A stretch of 63,599 bases of DNA, counting the filler, from Nemertoderma westbladi (taxonomy: Eukaryota; Animalia; Xenacoelomorpha), in assembly GCA_032718475.1 (NCBI GenBank). It is 3 parts of 3 records of this genome, joined end to end, with 100 filler letters (N's around TTAATTAATTAA, not from the genome) between each part and the next. Parts side by side here need not be neighbours in the genome. Positions count along the whole stretch, not along the records: positions 1 to 30,859 come from JAUCBJ010005566.1; positions 30,960 to 57,198 come from JAUCBJ010003923.1; 1 more part is not named here. One strand, written 5' to 3'. Position numbers and translations under genes: made by a program. This document shows, piece by piece, positions 21,636 to 33,950 of the stretch (positions within the stretch are counted from its first letter, which is position 1; every line of letters starts with the position of its first letter). The notes below the pieces were generated by a model that had not been told where the DNA came from, did not search any database, and worked only from the letters and a program-made list of their open reading frames with translations.

Positions 21636-24029
21636 CATAGCCTACTATATTACAGGCCGTGCCAACGTGCAGGTACGATTCTGACTTGGCGGCCGACCTG
21701 TAATAACCTACCTATACTATTAGTGGTGGTGTCATCATCACAAAACCTGATAACTATGCACTAAATACGTTTTCCGTAGGATGCATGCATACGTTATGAA
21801 ACTTTAATTAAACTTTATGTCATTGATTACAGTTTGTCTGTTAATCTGCTGGATTATAATTAATTGAAATTGGTCTTTACACTTATGGTGTTACTTTATA
21901 CTTAGCCTGATAACTTCACACTTAACGTAATTAACTTTACTGTATGGCAATAAATAAAACATATCATTAGCACAACTTGATTGCTTTAATTGATGTTTCA
22001 TTAGAGCTTGTAGGGGTGACTAATACACTGTAATTATTAAGAAATATGTTGCACAGTCCGGTACAGCACACCTTTGGCACGACTTGGGCGAAATAACTAT
22101 CCGCAATTGTTTCAAAAATATTGGTTAAACTAAAACGACATAGTCTGTGCTTGTAAACTAATAAACATGATGTAAGCAAAGAATGTAAACTGGACAAAGG
22201 TATCGGATGGTGTAACCAATTTCCCTCGATTTAGTTCACCAAGAAAGCCGCCAAACTGCATTGCATAAAAGTATGTGTCATCGTCATCATCGTTGGGAAT
22301 ATAACGCTGTATATAACCAGCAACATATAGCAAAGCAGACTTTGTGTCGAAGGCCAACTCGTCAACCTCAAGGGCTGACAAGGAATCGAATACTGCAGCA
22401 TCCTCTTCGGTTAGCATGAAAGCACAGTTATCACATTTATGAGCTCCGCTAGTTGATTGAAAATCTAGAAAATCTTGATCCAATGCAGTTATTAATTTGG
22501 TCTTTTGTATTGAGTAATATTGCATTGCCTGGACTGCAGATATGAAATAAGTACCGCCTGCTGACTGTCGGATCCGTCCAAACGCCTTTTCCAGGGGATC
22601 AGTGGTAAACTGACCGGAGAGTACATATTGAAAACTATTGTTGAGACAATGGCGAATCAAATGTACAATGCCACGAAATGTATGAGAGATGGCCTTAGCA
22701 GTATCAATAGTAAAAGTATGACAGCGAAGGTTGTTATTTTTGCAATCCATTGAGTCGATTTGGTTAGCCAGCATCAGTAACTCGGAGAGTCGTGGGTCAT
22801 TTGAGTCTGTAAATGGTTGGTGCAGTGGGTCGTTTAAGTGCTGGTCTTCACTGCGACTGCGAATTTTAAGTATCTTAAATGCGCGAACGAACTTCTCAAT
22901 GAAAGTTGCGGTTTCTTTATCATCATCAGTGGGATCAACGTGAGTACGAAGAGCAACAACAGTTTCATCACAAAACACACGGAGCATAGCAGAAACATCC
23001 TGTCTTTCAATAGGCTTTGGGTACACTGCCTTCTGTGTCAATCGATGGACAATCTTTATTGATGATGCCTTTTCTCGTTCAAAGAGACTTTCAATACAGG
23101 ACCATTTCGCTACACATCCATCAAATTCGATAGTTTTCGATTTTTCTGTGATCCAGTTATTGCGAATACATTTGAACAAATGTATAAATCCATAAGTCAC
23201 AATATCCCCCTCCAGAAACTGGGGTAAATCGTCCGGCCGTAATGATCGCATAGATGCAACGAGTTTCAGAGTTTACGGTTGCGGGGACGGTTGTTAGCGT
23301 GGGTGGGCGTGGGCGTACAACTTGGAGCGATGTCTGGCCACACAGATGGTGGATCTGCTGGAATCATTTTAATTGAGCGATAAGCACGGCGCTTTTCATG
23401 GTTTTCAGGCCAGTGGAGTTCACAAACAACGGTTTGTTTAGTCACATGCAAATTAGCACGCACTTTTGATAATACGGAAATCCATGACGATCTATAGGGC
23501 TCCTCCCCTGGCAGCCTGGAATACGGAAAACGCTGCATGGTGTGGCGTTTTTATAGTTTGACCGACCAGGCACTCTGGCACGCAGCACTTCCGAGGCATA
23601 TCGATATCCAAGCACCAAGTAGGCCTAATACCTGAATACCGGTAGACTTAGGCCTATAGTTTTAATTGGTAGTTTTAAATAGTTCTAAATTTTAGCGCCG
23701 GCGCTGCACATCTTTGCGATGGCTTCCACTTCCGACGCCGGTCGTAATGCTGCGTCGAAGACTTTCGGCGCAAAGGCACAAGTAGCCTAAAACTTATCTA
23801 AAACTTCTCAAAAGGGAGTACCAGTACACATACAAGTAAGACACGGAACACACCTAGGTCTGTCAGTCTGTAGGTAGTGTAACTGTGTAGGCTCCAATGC
23901 TGAATTCAGGTATTGCTGTCTGGCTGTAGGCCTACTGGCTTATTGCGGAGTCTGGTTCCAAGTCCAACTCGGCCGCCAAGTCAGAATTGTATCTGCACGT
24001 TGGCACGGCCTGTAATATAGTAGGCTATG
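21636..24029 (-). mobile_element. P-element superfamily (THAP) DNA transposon, defective
   Basis: TIRs of about 62 bp (CATAGCCTACTATATTACAGGCCGTGCCAACGTGCAG...) and a perfect 8-bp TSD TTTGTGTC at 21628-21635 and 24030-24037. Confidence 0.95.
21967..23599 (-). pseudogene. THAP-domain P transposase, frameshifted and internally deleted
   Basis: ATG at 23599 begins MPRKCCVPEC, then THAP motifs W...VCELHW...DPPSVW. The transposase part has HLFKCIRNNW, PIERQDV, TDPLEKAFGRIRQSAGG, YVAGY and RGKLVTPS. The N-terminal part of the catalytic domain appears to be missing. Confidence 0.88.
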
Positions 24030-24159
24030 TTTGTGTCCCATAACTGAACCTCGTACTGCGCGAAGGCCCCACGAATGTGAAGTCAGACAGTTACAGTAGT
24101 TAGACAGTATTACTCTGCATTTTTATGGTACAGCGGTAGGCCTACTCCTATATTCCTGG

Positions 24160-24380
24160 TATACATGACCGAACGTAATCAGTATCGAATGTAACATAGT
24201 TATTACGTATCGAACGTAACCTCAATTATGTTACATTGGATCCTATAACTATGTTACATTCGATCTACAAATTACTAAGCCCGAATGTTACTATGCCCGA
24301 ATAATTAAGGTTACGTTCGATTCGTAAAAACTATGTTACATTCGATCCTGATTACAGGGTTACGTTCGGTCTGTCACCCG
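24160..24380. mobile_element. Mutator-like MITE with a 9-bp TSD
   Basis: TATTCCTGG flanks at 24151-24159 and 24381-24389; inverted GACCGAACGTAA / TTACGTTCGGTC; internal inverted CGAATGTAACATAGTT subrepeats. Confidence 0.75.
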
Positions 24381-24657
24381 TATTCCTGGCAGCCTGGATG
24401 TACATCTGTACATCTTGTACCGGTAGTCCTACTGCTGTACTTCTGTACTTTTGTTAAACTTCGAAGTTGAAAACATAAACACCTCGGGTGGCCATTGACG
24501 ACGGTAGAGCCTGACAGTGCTAAACTGCATAACTGGACAAGCGTTGCAGGATAGGCCTAATAATTATATATTGTGTAACACTAACAGTAATAGCCTAAGG
24601 GAAGCTTTGCATTGCTATTCCAGTTTTCATATTCCAGTATTCGGCAGTGGATTTACA

Positions 24658-25419
24658 ATGTACAAACACGACATGCCGGCGATGGACATCGCGCCGCGAA
24701 GTTACAACTCAAACAGCTACACAATGAACCCAGTGTTCGCCACGAACAAACACTCGACTGGGCCCATAACAACGGGCGGATCCGTGGTGGCCATCCGTTA
24801 CGAAGACGGAGTGGTGCTCGGCGCAGACAAACTCATCTCGTACGGACATCTCCGTCGCTTTCGGGACCAGACACGAATATTTAAGATAAACGAGACTACG
24901 GTACTAGCTGCCAACGGTGAGCAGGCTGATCTCCGCTACCTAGTGGATCTACTGAACGCCGAACAGAAACAAGCTGAACTTCGCGGCGACGGCTTCGAGA
25001 AAGGACCCCGGGCCATCCACAGCTGGTTAGGGCGGGTTCTATATCACAGGAGGACCAAGGGCGAACCGCTGTTTAACGACATCGTAGTGGCGGGTTGGGA
25101 TCGCAAGGAATCCAGACCGTACCTCGGCCACGTGTCGATGCTGGGTGTCGCCTACGAAGCTCCGGTTGTCTGCAGCGGGATTGCTACCTACATCGGGCTA
25201 CCCTACCTAAGGGAGGCCTACCAGGTTATGCCTACAATGAACCGGGATCAGGCCGTCGACTCTATAAAGAATTGCCTCACTCAGTTGTGCATGAGGGAAT
25301 GCCGCTCTTCGAATTTGGTTCAACTAGCTGTTGTCAATAACAAAACCGTTGACATTAAAGATAACATCGTTCTCGAGCTCAACTGGGACTTAGCAAAGAA
25401 TAAACTAATCAAGAACTAG
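24658..25419 (+). CDS. PSMB4: 20S proteasome subunit beta type-4 (beta7), intronless
   Basis: Motifs PITTGGSVVAIRYEDGVVLGAD.L.SYG.L.RF, PRAIHSWLGRVLY.RR, YLGHV.MLGVAYE and NWDLA. The ATG at 24658 is preferred over the upstream GTG. Confidence 0.93.
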   Translation: MYKHDMPAMDIAPRSYNSNSYTMNPVFATNKHSTGPITTGGSVVAIRYEDGVVLGADKLISYGHLRRFRDQTRIFKINETTVLAANGEQADLRYLVDLLNAEQKQAELRGDGFEKGPRAIHSWLGRVLYHRRTKGEPLFNDIVVAGWDRKESRPYLGHVSMLGVAYEAPVVCSGIATYIGLPYLREAYQVMPTMNRDQAVDSIKNCLTQLCMRECRSSNLVQLAVVNNKTVDIKDNIVLELNWDLAKNKLIKN

Positions 25420-25791
25420 AACTCAGTACCTGGCAACTCATTAGTAACACAATAATTCTACCAACTTGTTCTGATTAGTGTACATTTCACTCTTCAGTTA
25501 ATATTACTAGCTGTGTTTTATAAACTGAAACATTTGCTCAAGTTCTGTGTAATAAATTAAATATCAATATATATTTCATGGGCGTATTTTAATACAGTAA
25601 TACATGTCATCCTATATTGTTGAATTATTATGCATCAGTTTGAAGGTCTGGAATTATATTTCATAATTGAAAGGGTGTAATAATACTGTAATAGACTCCA
25701 GGCGGTTGCCATTTAAGGTAGTGAAACGAAACGTATCAATTGTGGACCAACGTTAATTTATTTTAACAATTAAAGTTAGTTCTCATCAAAC

Positions 25792-26765
25792 CTGGCAAAT
25801 CAGCAACCTGTTAGATGGTGGCACTTGGCTAGGTGGCAATCTGGCAAATCAGCAACCTGTTATATGGTGGCACTTGGCTAGGTGGCAATCTGGCAAAAGA
25901 GGAACCTGTTAGGTGTTGGCACTTGGGTAGGTGGCAATCTGGCAAATCAGCAACCTGTTAGATGGTGGCACTTCGCTAGGTGGCAATCTGGCAAATCAGC
26001 AACCTGTTAGATGGTGGCACTTGGCTAGGTGGCAATCTGGCAAATCAGCAACCTGTTAGATGGTGGCACTTGGCTAGGTGGCAATCTGGCAAATCAGCAA
26101 CCTGTTAGATGGTGGCACTTCGCTAGGTGGCAATCTGGCAAATCAGCAACCTGTTAGATGGTGGCACTTGGCTAGGTGGCAATCTGGCAAATCAGCAACC
26201 TGTTAGATGGTGGCACTTGGCTAGGTGGCAATCTGGCAAATCAGCAACCTGTTAGATGGTGGCACTTGGCTAGGTCGCAATCTGGCAAATCAGCAACCTG
26301 TTAGATGGTGGCACTTGGCTAGGTGGCAATCTGGCATATCAGGAACCTGTTAGGTGGTGGCACTTGGCTAGGTGGCAAATCAGCAACCTGTTAGATGGTG
26401 GCACTTGGCTAGGTTGCAATCTGGCAAGTCAGCAACCTGTTAGATGGTGGCACTTGGCTAGGTGGCAATCTGGCAAATCAGCAACCTGTTAGATGGTGGC
26501 ACTTGGCTAGGTGGCAATCTGGCAAATCAGCAACCTGTTAGATGGTGGCACTTGGCTAGGTGGCAATCTGGCAAATCAGCAACCTGTTAGATGGTGGCAC
26601 TTGGCTAGGTGGCAATCTGGCAAATCAGCAACCTGTTAGATGGTGGCACTTGGCTAGGTGGCAATCTGGCAAATCAGCAACCTGTTAGATGGTGGCACTT
26701 GGCTAGGTGGCAATCTGGCAAATCAGCAACCTGTTAGATGGTGGCACTTGGCTAGGTGGCAATCT
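25792..26765. repeat. 49-bp minisatellite, about 20 copies
   Basis: Unit CTGGCAAATCAGCAACCTGTTAGATGGTGGCACTTGGCTAGGTGGCAAT. Confidence 0.97.
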
Positions 26766-27192
26766 AGCTTCTATTTTTCTAATATTCTTCTATTTTCTCT
26801 ACAACTACAATCTATTTTTCAGCCGGTAAAACGGGCCCAAAAACCTTATTATTAAAAACAGCAGAATAATGTTATCTCTATAATTGACAGCATAATTGCC
26901 AGCTATCAATATAAAATACAAATATTCTACAATAAAAAAATTATTATCGAATTAATATCTCGTCTCAGAGAAGTAATAATATAATATAATGATCATCATG
27001 GAATCACATGTAACACAATATTCCAGAATATTTTAACTCGTATTCGTTTGATATAAATAAATTCTTACCAATCGACTTTATTAATAAGTAACAAAACAGT
27101 AGCTAGGCGAATTGATAATTATTAGGCTCAAAGTATACAATATAATACAACCCACTTCGCAGACAGACAGTCAGCTCGTGGAGTATTCGACC

Positions 27193-28584
27193 ATGGAGTG
27201 GTTAGCGATTCTCATAATAATATTATTCCTGGGTAAAATTGAATCTGCGTTACCCCGCAATCTAAATAGCCCAAACACAGATCCCAGGCGTTGCGGCTTC
27301 ATTGATTATTCTTCCACAATAAATAAGTACATTTGCGACCCCGAGGGAATTCTAGGAAAAGATATTATCACTGTTAACAACATCATTGAGGACTTCAATT
27401 CAGGAAGAACAACTAACCCAAATAACTGCGATCTAGAAGACTTGACTCTATACTTTATAATTCTTCCTAATTTCACATGGGATTTTTACAACAACGATGC
27501 TGACAATACCTTCTCAAAGTCGTATTCGTTGCGATTATGGGATCAATGGATCGGAGACGACTCCGTAATATGCAAGGAATTCGTTCTGTTATATATATTC
27601 GGTAGAGGTTTGAATCTAACCCTGGCTATAAACGGGGATAACGTAGGCGATCTCGATATGGGAATCCACAAGGAAATAGCAAAACGCTACAACGAATATA
27701 AGTCCAATGGTATGGTCGCAGAAGGACTAATCAACGTGGTCAGGGACATGGTCTATTTTAGGAAACACAGGAGTATTCCGGGACCACACTGGAGTGGTAT
27801 GATTGTGGACGCCGAATCGTCAAAGTTTCTATCAGCCGCGGGTAACTTGGGAATTACCGCTATCTTTATTGCGGTTATAGTAGTTGGAATTCGGCTTATT
27901 TTGAATCAGGCGACTGCCAGAGGCACAACCCCGGAACAGACAGACGAGTTGGGTCAAACTAATGGGAGTGGGCGACCGTTGGGTCAAACCAAGGGGAGTG
28001 GCCGTCCTTCGCACGCCGCTCCAAGGTCCCCACCCAGATTCCGGGGTTTTACCCACAATATGGATTCTTGTAAATGCCACTGTCATGGGGATGTTCAAGT
28101 ATCAGGGCCTTACTGTTGTCTTTGTAAAATACCAAATTCGTGCAGAAAGAGTGTTTCAGTTCAGGGTGGAAAGGGTATTTCAGTACCGGGTGGAAAAGGT
28201 ATTTCAGTACCGGGTGGAAAAGGTATTTCAGTACCGGGTGGAAAAGGTATTTCAGTACCGGGTGGAAAAGGTATTTCAGGTTTCTGTAATTCCTGTCCAA
28301 TACGCCATTCCCCGCGAAGTGAAGGCGCAGCAAATGCCTCGCAATGGGGTCCTATGACGTCACTACATATCCCGCAATGGGATGCTATGATGTCATCAAA
28401 TACCTCGCAATGGAATCCCAATACGTCATCAAATACAACACAATGTGGTCCCGTGACGTCACCAAAGACAACGCAGTTGGTTTCATCTTTGCCACTTAAT
28501 AACATAAATGAATCGGACATCCCAACAGTTCCAAGAAAGAAACCAACAAAAGTACAACAATGGGCAAAACTAAATAAAAGTTAG
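27193..28584 (+). CDS. Type-I membrane protein with a MOLO-1-like TPM ectodomain and a Cys-rich, repetitive cytoplasmic tail; intronless
   Basis: Signal peptide MEWLAILIIILFLGKIESA, the motif PNTDPRRCG...ICDPEGIL and a TM helix LGITAIFIAVIVVGIRLIL. Confidence 0.7.
   Translation: MEWLAILIIILFLGKIESALPRNLNSPNTDPRRCGFIDYSSTINKYICDPEGILGKDIITVNNIIEDFNSGRTTNPNNCDLEDLTLYFIILPNFTWDFYNNDADNTFSKSYSLRLWDQWIGDDSVICKEFVLLYIFGRGLNLTLAINGDNVGDLDMGIHKEIAKRYNEYKSNGMVAEGLINVVRDMVYFRKHRSIPGPHWSGMIVDAESSKFLSAAGNLGITAIFIAVIVVGIRLILNQATARGTTPEQTDELGQTNGSGRPLGQTKGSGRPSHAAPRSPPRFRGFTHNMDSCKCHCHGDVQVSGPYCCLCKIPNSCRKSVSVQGGKGISVPGGKGISVPGGKGISVPGGKGISVPGGKGISGFCNSCPIRHSPRSEGAANASQWGPMTSLHIPQWDAMMSSNTSQWNPNTSSNTTQCGPVTSPKTTQLVSSLPLNNINESDIPTVPRKKPTKVQQWAKLNKS
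28165..28279 (+). repeat. Coding 24-bp repeat, about 5 copies (GGKGISVP)
   Basis: Tandem GGTGGAAAAGGTATTTCAGTACCG. Confidence 0.95.
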
Positions 28585-28868
28585 GCGGAACTTCCGGTAA
28601 TAAGTTAGGCAGAACTACCGGTAACAAGTTAGGTTTTTGTTATATTTGTATTGAAGGCGCCCTTGCTAAAAATTTATATGAACCGAATTAATTTATTCCT
28701 TCTGGTTTATATTATATTCTATTGTCATATATATTTTTTAACTCGGGAAATTGCTATGTTAATTTTTCGGCCGAACATACCCCAAAATCGGAAGAAAGGT
28801 AGTATGACCGCAATCAAAATTAATCCTTCTCCAGGGGAAAACAAATAACAGCTGCTTACTCTCAATAA

Positions 28869-28989
28869 TAGCTGTTCTATTAACTTTAGTTTATTGTACG
28901 CGCCAGTATTAGCTGTTATATTAACTTTAGTTTATTGTACGCGCCAGTATTAGCTGTTCTATTAACTTTAGTTTATTGTACGCGCCAGT
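28869..28989. repeat. 41-bp tandem repeat, 3 copies
   Basis: Unit TAGCTGTTCTATTAACTTTAGTTTATTGTACGCGCCAGTAT. Confidence 0.9.
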
Positions 28990-29002
28990 TAATCATAATA
29001 TC

Positions 29003-29403
29003 TAGTGTTTAAACGGGATCCCGATCCCGAAAAACAGGGATCCGGCGAAAAATGCAATCCCGGTCCCGTTCCCGACTTTTTTGGACCGAGATCCCGAAGA
29101 CGATATTGTTAAGTAAATTTGTTGAATATCTGACAAATAGTTACAGCCGAACGGAAATTTAATGATTATAAATAATTTTTATATCAGTAAAGCAACCAGT
29201 AATCAATTGCAAAATAATTTTAATATAACTTTATCTTAAATACTTCAGAAATGTAAGATAAAGTGAGTGTTACCCAAAACCCGCAACATATACTATTAAC
29301 TTTGAGGAATTTAATACAAAATTGCAATCCCGATCCCGAAAAAGGGGATCCCGAGAGTAGTGATAATCCCGATCCCGGAAATCTCGAAAAGTATGATCCC
29401 GAT
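29003..29403. mobile_element. hAT-like MITE remnant rich in GATCCCGA subterminal repeats
   Basis: Starts TAGTGTTTAAACGGGATCCCGATCCCG and has many ATCCCG units at both ends; the right end is interrupted by a poly-G-starting element. Confidence 0.5.
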
Positions 29404-30224
29404 TAAGGAGGGGGGGGGGGGGGGGGGGGCAGCGCTATAGTTCAAATAGATTTGAAAGATAGGTTCAAAAGATTTGAAAACCGTTTACCTGTCTTACTTC
29501 TCGAGATATGCCTGTATGTCCGTTTTACTGTCGGTTTGTCCGTCATTATGTCTGTCCGTCAATAAAAAGCATACTATCTGTCTAAAAAATTCCCTGTATG
29601 GGTTTTCGTGGTCTGTGACTTCATTTCTAATGTCATTAATCAAATTTGGCCTTGTCGGTTATGTCTGTATGTCTGTCTGTCAAAATATAACCAACATTAT
29701 GACAGCCAATCACTCACAAGCAGACAATTTGGAAGTCATCAAATGTTAAACTTGACACTCGAAATTAATTCTGCGACCAGGAAAACCCCTATAGCTAAAC
29801 TTTTAGCTCAATGGTGTGCCTTTTTCTCATATTTGACCGACAGATATTCGGATAGTCAGAAAGACCAACAGACAGACAAACTAGATTTCCTTAAAATTGA
29901 AAACTGACCTCAGAAATGAAATCAGCGACCAGGAAAACCCCCACAGCAAAAATCTTAGCATGGTTTTATGCTTTCTTGTCGATAGATATATATTGACAGA
30001 CATTCTCACATATTAACAGACAATTTTTGCGCGGGAAGGTTCAAATTTTAAAAGCAATTATATCGGAATAGTATTTTTTCATTTCAGCGAAATTTAAAAT
30101 GCTACTCCTCTGCCAATTTTTAATATTTTTTCATGAAATTTGGACAGAGTAACCACATGCACGGTATCTTCAACTACTAGTATCGGCATGCTGCGTTGCA
30201 GCTGCATTTTTAAGAATGCTGTGC

Positions 30225-30715
30225 CGGCTTGTCGACAAAATTGCGCCGCCACAACTCCCTATCACCCATGACATTTGCTAGATCATCCGCAATTCAAGGC
30301 CAGTGTCCTTTAAGATGCGTCTCAAGAAAGTCATGGGCTGTCCACCATGCTTATTCACTCCATGAGGCTGCCAAAGTACAAGATTATGCACTGGCTGGTC
30401 CTCACGGCGAAAGCAATGTCCTGCAAAGCGGAGGCGATTTTGTTCTAGTGTCAAGCTTGGGGGAAGCAATGAGACAGACACCTCCAATGTTATATAGTGT
30501 CTGGTTGGAGATGTGTGCATTGTACTTGACACAATGAACCCGGCGTAGCATTATTGTGAATGTGCCATCCAGAGATTTGGTGTCCTCTAGCAGTTAGAGC
30601 CCAGCATGGACTCCCATAGAGGAGTACTGGAACTACTGCTGCTCTAAATAATCGGACCTTAAGTTTCCGATTCATTCTCGGTGACCTCCAAATCCTGGAA
30701 AGCCTATTCAAGGCT
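30225..30715 (-). pseudogene. Degraded RTE-clade 3' fragment
   Basis: KLKVRLFRAAVVPVLLYG, RLRFAGHCFRREDQPVHNLVLWQP and L.DTGL. Confidence 0.85.
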
Positions 30716-30859
30716 CTTCAAGGTATCTTCAAAAGTTGGTCAGAATGTTAAAATGTTGATCCTAACTGTTTTTATTGGCTTCGAAAATGTGAAAAATTCT
30801 ATTTTTTTTTTAAAAATAGGAAAATAATTAATTAATTTCATAATAAAATTGGAAATAAT

Positions 30860-30959
30860 NNNNNNNNNNNNNNNNNNNNNNNNNNNNNNNNNNNNNNNNN
30901 NNNTTAATTAATTAANNNNNNNNNNNNNNNNNNNNNNNNNNNNNNNNNNNNNNNNNNNN
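30860..30959. other. Assembly gap with an artificial TTAATTAATTAA linker
   Basis: N-run, then a six-frame-stop linker at 30904-30915, then another N-run. Confidence 0.95.
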
Positions 30960-33950
30960 CAGGAGGTGAACTGAACTTAGGACTAGACGGTTCTACACCT
31001 CTATCTGAGTCGCAGATAGTTACATCTAATAAACTGTCTGACATGTTCTGCTTAGTATCAGACATGTTTGTTTGCACAGTTGAATGCCTACTGCTATATT
31101 ACAGTCCAAGCAAGTCTAGTAATTCAGTGTTAACTGCTAGCCTAGTAATTAATTACCGATACTGCTACTCAGTGTAGCGTGATATATAATATTAGAATAC
31201 TGGTATACTTAGGGTATATATAAGTATTATTACAGACTAGGTTTTTCACAGAAACCGGTATATAATTTTAGCACAAATATATATAAATATATAATAGGCC
31301 TATCGTGGATACCGGTATGCAGTTTACACTTATAGTATATATAAGTATAATTATTAACTAGAATTAATTACAGAATACCGGTATGATTTCAACCTAAAAT
31401 TTATAGAAATAAATATAATAAGCCTATTGTAAATACCGGTATGTCAATTATTTTAAATAATTGAATTTCTGAATTTTAATGGTTACTTGGTTACTTTAAC
31501 TTACTTTATTACCGTTATTTAAGCAGTAGTCCAACTGATATTGAGACCTAATTGTTGTATGGCAGGCCTACTATTTATAAATCGTTTGAGTTGATTTATA
31601 ATATATATATACCCGTTTAATGGGTTTTGTCAATGTTTGAAATAAATGTTATTATTTCTGGGGGAGTCACTACAAATAAGCTGTGCGCTCTCAGTGGAGT
31701 GTTACTTGTTAGACACTAAAACAAATAATTCTAATTTACCTAAGTTACTTAATACTACAAATTACGTACAATTCGGGTTGAGATTACAATCTCTAAATAA
31801 ACACAAAATTTAATTACAAATACACAAATACAAATTTTTAGGGTAATTTTACAAGAAGTCTACTAACCAGCCTAACAAAGGGTTAGAATCTGGTTATTAC
31901 AACGGACAGGGTACTAAGGTATTTGAAAATAATAAGTAGTAGTAAATACGCTGCGTTGTCCAGATAGGAAAATACAACCGCCTGACGACCTATAGCCGTA
32001 TCGCTATAGGTACTACGTTATGTATCACGGAGTGTTCCTACCTAGAAGTTAATAGAGCTAACGTACGTGCCTATCAACCACTTTACAACACAAATATAAT
32101 GCCTACACTAATTACTTTCGGAAAGCACTGTACACTAAACCCTAAATTAGGCACAAGTACTTGTATAACAAATAATTAGTAGTTAAAAATACTTGAACAG
32201 CTAAAAGAACCACGGCATCTGCTGGAGTGACCGGTGCACAAATCACCAGTCTTTACCTACGCCAAGCAGCCCGTATAGTACCGGGGTTAGTTTAACTATA
32301 ACGGTATGTATAACAAACACAATTACTGTAGGAACAAACTTGGTGAATGAATGTTGCGAATAATAGCATAAACTCTGAATAATAAATATTACGCTACGCG
32401 TACAAACCATTCAAACAAAATGCAGACCAAATACTGACAGACTACTATCAAGCCTAAACAAACTACGGTATATGCAGACTCCAAAATGATTAGTTAGTAT
32501 GCGTTCTAACCCAGTAGTACGACTTATTCTTTAGATGGGGGTTTACCTTACAGCGATGGCTGCCCCTACTTCCTAACCGTTCTTTATCGGACAGATGCTT
32601 TGCACACACCGAAATTTCCTCAAACCCAACAACAGCCAGACAACTATCCAGCCTACAAATTATCTAAATAAATTATACGCTACCCGTACAGACTACACAA
32701 ACAAAGTACAGACCAAACGCTGGCGGACTCCTATCAGGCCTAAATAAACCACAGGACATGCAGACTCCAAAATGGTTAAGTAGTATGCGTTCTAACCCAG
32801 TAGTACGACTTATTCTTTAGATGGGGGTTTACCTTACAGCGATGGCTGCCCCTACTTCCTAACCGTTCTTTATCGGACATACACTCTACATGCACTGCAA
32901 TCCGTTCAGACCTAATCAACAGTTAGCCAACAGTCAAGCCTACAAATTATCTGTACAATCTGAGCAGGCTTACACGCCTTCTGCTCAATACTGGCCTACA
33001 AATAAATAAAACTTGACAGAAACAAGTAAAATCTCAATAAAAAACCAGGGCTGCAGTCCCTGATTAATTATTAAGGCCTACCGGTATATAATTATCAAAA
33101 TCGAATAATACTGCTGTACCTGTACTGTAAGTACCGGTTCGGGTGATCAGGCAGTCAGGCCTACAGGTTTCCGGTCGATCGGTACTTTCGACTAGATTGC
33201 TTACACCGCAATCCAGAAGCAATATCTGTTATTGTTTGCGCTTTTAAGACCTTTGACAGTTTAACCTGCCAAATTAGGATGTCTTTTGGATGATATATAT
33301 TCTTTAGCTTATGACGAGTATTTGATACACTACATTAGCCGAAGCCAGCCTATGCGCAATCATTCACCCGTTGGATATACCCGGGAGACTGAGTTCGGAG
33401 CTTAATGATTGATGGTGTAAGCCTACTGTATTATTCGACTGATCGTAATATATAATCTCTGACAAATATTATTCACTTTCGGGAAATATTAACAGTTCCT
33501 TTAGGACGTGGCGCTCTAAATATGTAAACAGAGTTATGACTTAAACTAGTCACAACGAAAAGGCTATAGATTAACGTATATGGCGCATTCTTTAGGAGAT
33601 GCTTTGTTATCAGTTACAATCATACACAATGCTGCACATTTAGTCACGTATAAAGAGAGCAACAGACAATTTATGTTGGGCATATGAAATAGCATTAGAT
33701 TCACTTCAAATCTTCATATTATTGGTAGATGTGTGTCTGGAGGTCCGTTGAAACGTAGCGGAATTGAGGACCTTACGTTTATTAGTAAATCTAGAATAGC
33801 TGGGATGTGATGACATATTATTGGTAGATGTGTGTCTGGAGATCCGTTGAAACATAGCGGAATTGAGGACCTTAAGGTTTTAGTAAATCTAGAATAGCTG
33901 GGATGGGATGACATATTATTGGTAGATGTGTGACTGGAGGTCCGTTGAAA
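30960..33950. repeat. Near-identical direct duplicate of about 40317-43307 (offset 9357 bp)
   Basis: AGGAGGTGAACTGAAC at 30961 and 40318, colinear into the satellite (33714 vs 43071). Only rare substitutions were seen (GTAGCGTG/GTAGTGTG, AAGCCTAA/AAGCATAA). Confidence 0.95.
32388..32952. repeat. Imperfect direct repeat of about 286 bp, 2 copies (also at about 41745-42309)
   Basis: The core TAGTATGCGTTCTAACCCAGTAGTACGAC...CTTTATCGGACA is identical at 32495 and 32781. Confidence 0.9.

Noticed and set aside
25792-26765. CRISPR array or coding repeat
   Set aside because: It is a pure head-to-tail 49-bp tandem with no spacers, and the unit length is not a multiple of three.
30860-30959. TTAATTAATTAA motif within N-runs (also 57199-57298)
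   Set aside because: It is an artificial six-frame-stop contig linker, so adjacency across the gaps is unproven.
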